Positions 41,798 through 51,945 of a stretch of 64,000 nt of DNA are shown one piece after another. The DNA is from Lingula anatina. Its lineage: Eukaryota; Animalia; Brachiopoda. Under the pieces are notes generated by a model that worked only from the letters and a program-made list of their open reading frames with translations, searched no databases and was not told where the DNA came from. Within the stretch, counting starts at the first letter, position 1; each line of letters opens with the position of its first letter. Position numbers and translations under genes: made by a program. Location of the stretch: NCBI GenBank assembly GCA_051362555.1, contig CM120646.1:16306001-16370000 (forward strand), read 5' to 3'.

Positions 41798-43428
41798 TTT
41801 CTTAATCTTTGATGATGTGTAAATATGAGAGGTGTTCCAGGAGGGGGAAAATGTCCCATTGAGGTTCATTTGAATGTTATGTAACACCCTGTGGTTTAAA
41901 AGGGCGCATTTTAAAAGATGGGGAAAGGGGAAGGAAATGTGTAATTTAAATAAGACGAAGCAACGATTTATACAGTGTACACCATTGTGTAACTGAAGAG
42001 TTACAAAACACATACAGCGTAATGAAAGTTACGTAACAGCGAATCAAGTCTTAGTATAATGGTGTCAAAGTCAAACAAGGTTAATTTTGAAGAATTTTCA
42101 TCTAAATAAACCAATAAAGTTGATCTATTTAATAGAGATTAGAATATGTTTCTCTGGGGTAAAGTCTATCTACATGTATATAACAAGGATTCAAAGGAAT
42201 CATAGTAAGACAAACATGTTACTATGGTTTATATTATATATCTTTATGTAGCTGATGTGTTGCTCTAATTATCTTACTGTGATAAAAATTTAATATGTAT
42301 CAATAAATGTTGTCAAATTTAAATGGGGTCAAATGTAAGTGAGGTCAAATTTGAAGCATTTTCATGAATACGAACCCATAAAGTTTTATTTATTCAGTGA
42401 ATGAGTCAAGAATATAATTTTTGGATAATTTTGATAAATAATTTATTTTTTTATTAAACATGCTTAATGGAGTTTTGGCAGCTAATTTTACAGTTTCTGA
42501 CATAAGTAGTTAATACAAACTTGTACAAGTACTGCGCTAAAGGGGGAGTTAAATTTAATTTACAAAAATGGGAGAAGGACATCATTAATATACATGTAGT
42601 ATGGGATTTAAGTAAGATATAACACTGATATATCATTGTGTTGCTGAATGCGAACTCTAATCATATTGATAATAAAATCATGTAACATTAAACTGTGTCT
42701 AGGTAAAAAGGGATTATATGTCGAATGAGCTCAATTGTTGGGCATTTTCATGAAAATAAACCAAATGTGTTTTATTCCTTCAGAGAATTTGAGCCTAGAA
42801 CATGTTTCTTTAGGGTATGTTGAGTAAATCCTGTCTACATTTCAATGATTTAAAATTGAATGATGCATGTGTAAAAATGGAGCCAAATGTCAAATGAGGT
42901 AAAATTTGAAGCCTTTTCTAGAAAATTAACCATTCTGTGAATGAGGTCTACAAGTGTCCCTATTTTCGTTAATTGAACTGAATCCCCCTGCAATTCTGTT
43001 ACAAATTATAAATCTCACCCACTGTAAAAATACTCCCATTATCCATTAAAGCATTGATGTATTGTCGGACTTTACCAAAGATACCCTACAGAAACATCCT
43101 TAGCTCAAATTATCCGAATAGATAAACTTTATTGGTTTATTTTCCTGAAAATGCTACACAATTGACCGCATTTGACCCAATTTTACTACAGTAAGACTTG
43201 ATTCAATGCTACGCACATGTAACTTCCATAACTTTAGAGCAACACTTCAGATACACAATAAGGTACTTTTTTACATCTACCAAAATTGCAAATTATGAAA
43301 GAATCCCTTCCCCTTTCCTTTTTTTTAAGCCACAGGGTGTAACATAACATTCAAATGAACCCTCGCAGGGACATTTGTCCTCTCTGGGGACACATTAAAT
43401 AAAGAGTAAGACAACAAAGATTAAGAAA
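41798..43428. mobile_element. About 1.6-kb foldback-like element with long imperfect inverted ends and internal gaggtcaaatttg repeats
   Basis: 41798-41930 is the reverse complement of 43305-43428 (core ggttcatttgaatgttatgt.acaccctgtgg.ttaaaa). Internal modules gtcaaatttg...cattttcatgaaaataaacc at about 42070, 42340, 42720 and 42890, inverted at 43100-43180. Confidence 0.65.
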
Positions 43429-44018
43429 TCATATGGTTCCGTTATCTTTCTATTATTTCACCCTTTTTTCTTGCAAACAACCTGTGTTGACTCGCGTCCG
43501 AAGTAGATTTTTTGTGTTTTTTTGCTGTATTGCGCAGATGCGACCCGTGAGTTTATCAGTAGCAGAGGTTTGCATGTGTGTGTGTGTGTGTGGGGGGGGG
43601 GGGGGGTATGATTTTTCGGGCCTACATATAAAGACTCTGTCTTCTCACCAGCCCCGACTTGAAAAGAGTTTAACTTTTCAACTGCCCCATCGACACAAGG
43701 TACTGGTACATGTAGGCCTAAATGTACACGTACCACAAAGAAGAACATGTGTGTACATTACTTCAAAACCCCTTTAAGTCTTGGATTGTTATCATAACGG
43801 AGTCATAAGAACTGTCCTTTCAATAACTCTTTCAAGGCTTTGTTTGTTTTCTTTATGGACTCAAAAGAACTGCCCGCCCTTCCGCTAACCCTCTTAGTCT
43901 CTGTTTGTTATTCATATGGATCAATACAATGGGGCATTCTCTTAAATACACTGTACTCTAATGATACGGTACATGTAGTACACAAACTGATGGGCAGGTT
44001 TGTTTAAGGTACATGTAG

Positions 44019-44187
44019 CAGGGGCGGATTTAGGCCGTCTTCTGGGTCTTCCGGAAGACGGTCAGATTTTCAAGTTTACATTGACGGGTATCTAATTTTT
44101 TCTGTCGGAAGACGGTAAAAAAATGGAGGATGGATCAACAAAGATAATGTGGAAGACTGTCAGAAAATATCTCTGGATCCGCCCCTA
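44019..44187 (+). mobile_element. hAT-like MITE with 5-bp TSD (TGTAG)
   Basis: TIR caggggcggat...atccgccccta; TGTAG at 44014-44018 and 44188-44192; second copy of 40437-40602. Confidence 0.85.
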
Positions 44188-44621
44188 TGTAGATCAAACC
44201 ACCCAGAAATGGTTTAACCTTTCTCTGCCTCTTTCATTCAAGATCGCATTCAGGTTCACACATCGTACTACATGTAGCTGGGTCCGTCTAACTCTGAGAG
44301 GGATTCTCGTAGTGGAATCAGATTAATCCACACGATATCGCATAAGAAATACAAGAACAAGAGCAACATGCAAGAGCTTTTTTTATTAAACAATTATCTA
44401 TTTCATTGTACGGCCCTATTACAATAATAAGTTCGTATTTTTTTTAATGAATACGCCACACATAATAGCTTCATTCTTGGTCTCTTTCTAATATTGATGT
44501 TACTCTTGTTTCTGCCTTTGAAAATAGTTATCAATTCCCTAATACAAAAACACCCTTCATTATGAGTTTTTTTAGTAATGAGGGTATATTTCTTTGCAGG
44601 CACATTTCCATAACAAGGGCA

Positions 44622-45740
44622 ATGAAGAACATTTACGTACTGTATCTGATTTTCGTGTTTGGATGTCTACTGTTATCATTGTCCTTGACACATCTGCGAG
44701 GACCCTTCAAGCAAAGTGCAGCAAACACGTGTGAATGTGGAAAGTCAACATTAGACCCGATGGACACGAAATTTACTCCAAATGATGAAAATTCCCCCCA
44801 ATTTGTCTACCTTATCCAAGGTGCGTCAATGCATGCTATACAAGGACTCAATGCTACACCTAATCGGGAAATAATCTGGTTGACCTTCAGAGACAGAACA
44901 GGGGATATCTACTTCCCCAACAGTACTCACGGCGAGGGTCGGAACCGGCTGCTGACAGAAGCGATCGACCGTGCGGCCGAGAGAAAAGATGGAGGCTATT
45001 TGTACTACGTATTTCTCGACGATGATGTGGAGCTCGTGCCCGTTAACTTTGCGAACATAAGTTGGAGAACAGATTTACCTGAAAACCCTTATGATCGTTT
45101 TGAAGAATTTCTGCTTGATTATGAACCGGCAGTGGGATACCCTAGACCAATAACTTTTCACACTGGGCCTAATAGCACAGTGGGTTTATCTTACAACTTT
45201 GATGCAATTATCAATGCGTTTCATCGTCACACGCTTTCTTTCTTGCTCCCATACATAACGGATTTAGATCACGTGTCCTGGTGGTTCGCCCAGTGGTTTA
45301 TTATGCACACATCTGCGGCGTTTTATAATTCATATCGTGTATTCACCCACGTTGTACACATGAAGAATCCAAGATTGCACTGGCACAACAAGTTAAAGGG
45401 AGCCTACACCGATTCCAGCAATTTTTCCATTCCGCGAGATTATTATCGAACGTGGTTTGACAAGAACAAGAGGGTAAATACCGTCAAATGGGGCTCAGCT
45501 TCGTTGTTAACGACTTTTAACCGTCCACCGATGTATCTTTTAATGAAAGGTAGGCCAATGGAGAAAAATAATATGGAATACAGAGTGTCTACACGATTTA
45601 TAACCACTGTATTTAATACTTCCCACCCGTCTGTTCAGCGAATAATACAATGGAGAAATATACCAAATGTGAGGAAAATTCTCTATGGAAATGACAAGAC
45701 TGAACCTGAATTCATTCCAGACGTTTATTACTTGCGTTAA
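44622..45740 (+). CDS. Uncharacterised type II membrane protein, putative GT-A-fold glycosyltransferase (DxD motif), 372 aa, single coding exon
   Basis: Acceptor tttctttgcag| at 44599 precedes the ATG at 44622. N-terminal signal anchor IYVLYLIFVFGCLLLSLSL, short stem, then GEGRNRLL..A and YLYYVFLDDDV (GT2-like beta strand plus DxD). Several N-glycosylation sequons. ORF conserved in the paralog. Confidence 0.8.
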   Translation: MKNIYVLYLIFVFGCLLLSLSLTHLRGPFKQSAANTCECGKSTLDPMDTKFTPNDENSPQFVYLIQGASMHAIQGLNATPNREIIWLTFRDRTGDIYFPNSTHGEGRNRLLTEAIDRAAERKDGGYLYYVFLDDDVELVPVNFANISWRTDLPENPYDRFEEFLLDYEPAVGYPRPITFHTGPNSTVGLSYNFDAIINAFHRHTLSFLLPYITDLDHVSWWFAQWFIMHTSAAFYNSYRVFTHVVHMKNPRLHWHNKLKGAYTDSSNFSIPRDYYRTWFDKNKRVNTVKWGSASLLTTFNRPPMYLLMKGRPMEKNNMEYRVSTRFITTVFNTSHPSVQRIIQWRNIPNVRKILYGNDKTEPEFIPDVYYLR

Positions 45741-46679
45741 CTTGGATTATATACGTTGCGGGTCGTCTGCCTTTAATACTGAGCGCAATAACTAGCTATT
45801 CTGGAAATATTAATTCTAGAAAAACCAATATAAAAACAGGATTCTATTGTATACCGACCACGATAATCTTAAGGGAGCGTTCAGATGAACCCATCGCTCT
45901 AGTTGAATCGATCCAACTCTGGGGGAGATTCTCCCTATACGTGCTATCATTGTAATCTGCTTTAATGTCTGACACGCCTCCTCGCGTTACTAGGGGTAAT
46001 CATCTAATTCAATAGCGGTCTAAAGCTGTTGAATACTTATTATTTGGTACCACGGGCTTCCATTCCTAGAATACATTTTGTACTGTCACATCAGCTGTAT
46101 CGCTTTAGTTGACACCCAATGTGAAAAGGGTCTAGTTTTTTTCAACCACATTTTTTTATTATTAAAGTGACTTTCACCAGCCGTTAGATACATTATTACA
46201 CACGTTATTTGTAAACCTCAATAAATATGTGACAAATACTGATGCCCTCGTTGTACTTTTATTGTAGTTTTTTATAAGAGAGACTGGCGTGTTTATAATC
46301 TGGCGTTATTTGCAACAGTAAAAGTCGTATCGGACAAGAATGTCGAGCAGAAGCATGTTACAAAAGAAAACGAGTTATTTTTATTGCACACATTCAAAGT
46401 GCATCTGAACAAAAATTGAATGTTACGATAAAAATCATTCAACATATTTCCCTGCTTAAACATTTGAAACCGAAATATTTCAAATGTGTTATTCTTTTTC
46501 AAGAAAATCTCCTATTACTATCACGTTTGTCATTAATTGTAAAACTAGTAGTAACAGATGTCGTGGTAGATATACTTAGCAGTGCATGTGAGAAATTGTG
46601 AATCGAGTCGACGCCATTGTTGCATTTAGCATTGTACATAAATGTAGGCCTACATCGACAACGTCAAATTTGACAATTA

Positions 46680-47450
46680 CATTAGCTTTTGTCTCTGATT
46701 GTGGTAGCTGTGATACTTGTATCTAGGATCTCACCCAAAGCAATGATGATTCTGTTTGGAATGTCTTCTGTGTTCGGAACTCCGAAACCTCTGGTTAAAA
46801 CGAATCCACGGTAACTCAATATGATGTTCAGAATAGCCGACTGAGTGCTAAACGCGTCGAGGCGGCAGCCTGTTTTTGTTTTATTAATTAGCAAATGTTA
46901 GTCTCCATTTTAAAGAAAGATAAAGGAAGTGTAGGCATCCAGATGACAGATGAAAAAAATTATAACCAATTATTAAATGTATATGTAAAAGTACTAAGCG
47001 AAAAAAGCTGATTTTTTAATGTGATAGACAGATATATATTCTAGTTTATGCCGATTGTGACCAAATCGCCATTAGCTGCGTTTTACAACAAAAACTCATG
47101 TCTTCCATCATCAGTAGGCTTACTTATTCCTAATAACGTACGCTAAATAGGTCCATTTATTGTGTCGGTTTGTATGCTAACCACCTATAATGTAGGCCGC
47201 ACAGATTATTCAGCAATACGTCATCCTTATTAGCTCTTCATCTCTCCCCATAATAACCCTCATCTGGCCCTGTCGATATATTCCCGAACTTTGTATACCT
47301 GAAATATGATTAAAAATGGTTGTCTTTGGCACTTCAAATATACCGGTAGGCCTACGTGCCACCTCTGATATTGAAAACAAGTCATCCCTTACGGCAGCAT
47401 GCATTTGTATAATTTTCTCTTCGGCATGCTGAAATTTATTGTGTATGAAC
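46680..47450 (-). pseudogene. Decayed pogo/Tigger-like transposase N-terminus (pipsqueak-type HTH)
   Basis: EEKIIQMHAAVRDDLFSISEVAR[RPTG]IFEVPKTTIFNHISG...GQMRVIMGRDEE fits the psq-HTH pattern (A..AVR....SI.EAAR.FGVPKTTL...SG). Weaker W..F..R similarity near 46800. Partial duplicates at about 52500-52700 and 54700-54886. Confidence 0.65.
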
Positions 47451-49628
47451 AAGATCAGTAGGCCTAATAATTTTTTCTCTCATAAATTCCGATTATAAAA
47501 AGTCAACATGGAGTGTTATTTTGTGAGCACAAGTGTATTTAAGGCACGTGAGTCTAAAAGCGCCCGTAGCGTTCTCTAGCGGCAGTTTACAGTGCACAGA
47601 AAGCACCCACAGCGTTGCCGAACATTCAAGCCATTTGTATGAGATCTTGCCGTTGGAATACTTCAACTTGTTACTCTTGAAAGTGGATGCTTTGAAACAG
47701 ATTTCAATTCGCCGAACAAGAAACACAAACAGTGTAAGGACTATATAAATTACAATGCTTATAGTAGTAAAAGAGGGACGTGTTTACGTCCACAGCGAAC
47801 GATGTATCTATAATCTACCCGTAACCGGTATGAAATGTTAGAAATCGTCTTTTTTTCGAGATCGGTTTCTGACAGTAACATATGCAGACGAGAGCGGACG
47901 GTAAACGACTTTAAAAGCTGCTTGAATAAACGTAACTTCATTAATATTTTTATTAAATTTGGGAGCAACCAACATTCAAATGTTAACACCCCAGTTGTAT
48001 CAGGTCATAGCGTGCGTCTGTATAGCGCGTTTGATACATTGTAGCAGACGCTTGAAACTTACGTGGTAACAGGAATTGCTTACGCTCTGCATGCTGGGTA
48101 AAAAGGGCAAACTTCCGGTTTTGTTCCATAATCCGGGGTCGTTCCATAATGCGGGGTCAGAGACTCTGAGTATAACAATTATTCAATTTTATTTATTTAT
48201 TTATTTATTTATTTTTGGAATTTGTTTTACAGTGGGTGAGATCCATGATATTAGGACAAGTAGGCTACTTCAGAAGGGTTTGGTTCAATTGCCGAAAAAT
48301 ATTGGGCTAGCAAAAGGACATGATTCACCTAAAGGAATCATAGGAAGACTATGGTTTATATAAACGTGCTGCTCTGAACATACAGTAGTCTGGGCAACTT
48401 AAATAAAATCTATATATACATCAACAAATGATGTCAAATTAAAATAGGGTCAAATGTCATTGAGGTCAAATTTGAAGCACTTTTATGAAATCAAGCCGAA
48501 AAAGTTTTACTTATTCAGAGAATGAATGAGCCAACAATATAATTTTTTGATAATTTTGATAAATAATTTCTTTTTATTACACTATTTAATGCAGATTTGA
48601 CAGCTTTTTTTTACAGTTTGTGGCATAAATGATAGATAGGGCCTACAACTGCTGTGCTCAAGAGGGAGTTACATTGTAAGTTCAATTGGCGAAAAATGGG
48701 AAAAGGAAACTATTAATTGAATGGGACCTAAGTAAGATATAACATTGTTATATCATTGTGTTGCCCAATTAGAGCTCTAATCATATTTTAATATTCTTAA
48801 AACAATAAAATTATTAAAACAATAAAAACGTGTAGTATTAAATTGCGTCTAGGTAAAAAGGGATTATATGTCGAATGAGATCAAATTTGGGGCATTTTCA
48901 TGTAAATAAACCAATATATTATATTCTTTCAGACAATTTGAACCCAGAAAATGTTTCTTTAGGGTATGTTGGGTAAATTCTGTCTATATTTCAATGATTT
49001 GAAATTGAATGATGTATGTGTAAAAATGGATCCAAAGGTCAATTCAGGTCAAATTTAAAGATTTTTCTAGAAAAGTAACCATTCTGTGAATGATGTCGTT
49101 GCCCTACATGTGCCCCTATTTTCGGCAATTCAACTGAATCCCTCTGCAATTCTGTTAACAATTACAAATCTCACCCACTGTAAAAATACTCCCATTATCA
49201 ATTAAAGCATTGATACCGGTATATTGCCGGAGTTAACCAAAATTACGCCCTGTACGCCCTTTTACTAACCCTCTAAAGTCTCTGTTTGTTATCCATATGG
49301 ATGGATAAAACGGGGCACTCTCTTAGATACCTTGTACTCTAATGATACGGTAAGACAACAGCTGAGGGGCAAGAGAAACATATCTACAGCAACACGCAAG
49401 AGCTTTTTTTATTTAAAAAAATATTTATTTCATTGTACGGCCCTATTACAATAATTACTTCGTAATTTTTAATGAATACGCCTCACGCAATTCTTGTTTC
49501 TGCCTTTGCAAATACTTTTCAATTCCTCAATACTTTAGCAGTTTGTTAAAAAACATCCTTAATTAAATGTGTTTATGAGAAGTAATGAGTGTAAATTCCT
49601 TTGTAGGCACACTTCCATAACAAGGGCA

Positions 49629-51439
49629 ATGAAGAACATTTACGTACTGTATCTGATTTTCGTGTTTGGGTGTCTACTGTTATCATTGTCCTTGACTCAG
49701 CTGCGAGGACCCTTCAAGCAAAGTGCGGCAAACACGTGTGAATGCGAAAAGTCAACATTAGACCCGATGAACACGAAATTTATTCAAAATGATGAAAATT
49801 CCCCCCAATTTGTCTACCTTATCCAAGGTGCGTCAGTGCATGCTATACAAGGACTCAATGCTACACCCAATCGGGAAATAATCTGGTTGACGTTCAGAGA
49901 CAGAACAGGCGATATCTACTTCCCCAACAGTACTCACGGCGAGGGTCGGAACCGACTACTGATAGAAGCGATCGACCATGCGGCCGAGAGAAAAGATGGA
50001 GGCTATTTGTACTACGTATTTCTCGACGATGATGTGGAGCTCGTGTCCGTTAACCTTGCTAACAGAAGTTGGCGAACAGATTTACCTGAAAACCCTTATG
50101 ATCGTTTTGAAGAATTTCTGCTTGATTATGAACCGGCAGTGGGATACCCTAGACCAATAACTTTTCACACTGGGCCTAATAGCACAGTGGGTTTATCTTA
50201 CAACTTTGATGCAATTATCAATGCGTTTCATCGTCACACGCTTTCTTTCCTGCTCCCGTACATAACGGATTTAGATCACGTGTCCTGGGGCCGGTTTCAC
50301 AAAGCAGTAGTTAGTTAGCGATCGGTAGTTAGCCTCTCGCTAGTTAGAGTGCCGTTTCACGAAGCAGTCGCTAGTTCTCTCGCTCGTTATTGTCTCGTTG
50401 TTGCCTTGGATATTTAACGACTGGTCAGACCAGTCGCTAACTCTAGAGTTTCATCGTACGCATGCGTAATGAGTGAAATAAAAAGGTTGCTTAGTTACCG
50501 TTGTCTGTCGTTTGTCTTTGTATCCAATATGGCGGCTACTTTTCTTGCTATCCGTACCGCCAGACGGCAACGTAGACTACGACGTTTTCATGAAAGGCAG
50601 AATCTATTAGAATATATACACACGATGATGCAATTTACGAGAGGTTGCGCCTAGCTGTGACAAAAAGAGCGGCAAAAAGGTGGTGGAGATCCTTTACGAC
50701 GACCTCAAAGCAGACGTTCTTATGCATTTCAAGCCACCAAAAAATGGAGAGTTTGTGCTTTCGTGACACTTTTACGCAAGAGTTCCACTTCCGGCAGACG
50801 GTTTCGAGACTACGGTGAGTAACGAGAGAACTAACGACCGAACTTTACGACTGAACTTAGCGATGAGTTAACGACTGCTTCGTGAAACACCCCTCGAAAA
50901 TCGCTAAGTTTCCTCGTTAGCTAGGTAGTTCAGTAGTTAGTTGTTCTAACTAACTACTGCTTTGTGAAACCGGCCCCTGGTGGTTCGCCCAATGGTTTAT
51001 TATGCACACATCTGCGGCGTTTTATAATTCATATCGTATATTCACCCACGATGTACACATGAAGAATCCAAGATTACACTGGCACAACAAGTTAAAGGGA
51101 GACTACACTGATTCCAGCAATTTTACCATACCCCGAGATTATTTTCGAACGTGGTTTGACAAGAACAAGAGGGTAAATACCGTCAAATGGGGCTCAGCTT
51201 CGTTGTTAACGACTTTTAACCGTCCACCGATGTATATTTTAATGAAAGGTAGCCCAATGGAGAAAAATAATATGGAATACAGAGTATCTACACGATTTAT
51301 AACCACTGTATTTAATACTTCCCACCCGGCCGTTCAGCGAATAATACAATGGAGAAATATACCAAATGTGAGGAAAATTCTCTATGGAAATGACAAAACT
51401 GAACCTGAATTCATTCCAGACGTTTATTACTTGCGTTAA
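49629..51439 (+). pseudogene. Paralog of the 44622 gene, interrupted by a Harbinger insertion
   Basis: 1811 nt minus the 689-bp element and 3-bp TSD equals 1119 nt, the same length as copy 1. By-eye count is 19 amino-acid differences in 372. Read-through into the TIR gives WGRFHKAVVS* (stop at 50318). Confidence 0.88.
50288..50976 (+). mobile_element. Non-autonomous PIF/Harbinger transposon, 689 bp
   Basis: Perfect 31-bp TIRs GGGCCGGTTTCACAAAGCAGTAGTTAGTTAG. 3-bp TSD CTG (50285-50287 and 50977-50979). Empty site gtcCTGgtgg seen in the paralog at 45278-45280. Inner inverted repeat gtttcacgaagcagtcg / cgactgcttcgtgaaac. Confidence 0.95.
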
Positions 51440-51675
51440 CTTGCAATTTATACGTTGCGGGCCGTCTGCCATTATACTGAGCGCAATAATTAGCTATTCT
51501 GTAAAAATAAATTCTAGAAAAAACAATATGAAAACAGGATTCTATTGTATACCGACCACGATAATCCTGAGGGAGCGTTCAGATGAACCCATCGCTCTAG
51601 TTGGGTCGATCCAAAGTTTGATTCTCCCTAAGTGCTATTATTGGGACCATTCAGATTGAGAAGAGCCGAGTGCAG

Positions 51676-51945
51676 GCCTACCCAACTACCAGACTCGGCA
51701 CATAAGGATCCTGAATTAACCGGTATATCGGACCACACTGCCCGTTTTCAAGGTGTGTGTCAGATCGCATTTCGGAGTATCAGTCAGAACACCGACAGGA
51801 TGAGCCCTCGGTCGTCCTACAAAATTTGTTCTGTGGTATGATACTCCGAAATGCGATCTGACACACACCTTGGAAACGGGTAGTGTGGTCCGATATACCG
51901 GTTAATTCAGGATCCTTATGTGCCGAGTCTGGTAGTTGGGTAGGC
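51676..51945. mobile_element. 270-bp foldback MITE with 107-bp near-perfect inverted arms
   Basis: 51676-51782 versus 51839-51945 are reverse complements with 2 mismatches; 56-bp spacer. Confidence 0.85.

Larger units (their letters stand above)
42190..47290 (+). repeat. Tandem duplication unit 1 (carries the intact DxD-protein gene)
   Basis: Colinear blocks 42190-43090, 43870-43995, 44365-45920, 46650-47000 and 47005-47290 match 48330-49240, 49250-49370, 49385-51615, 52465-52800 and 54575-54886. Confidence 0.85.

Noticed and set aside
44562-44621. Upstream 20-codon extension of the DxD protein (and 49569-49628)
   Set aside because: Spans a conserved splice acceptor, and the starts differ between paralogs; the ATGs at 44622 and 49629 are more plausible.
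50288-50979. Harbinger insertion acting as a spliceable intron
   Set aside because: No convincing GT at the left end or AG at the right end. The internal G|GTGAGT near 50815 lies downstream of the premature stop.
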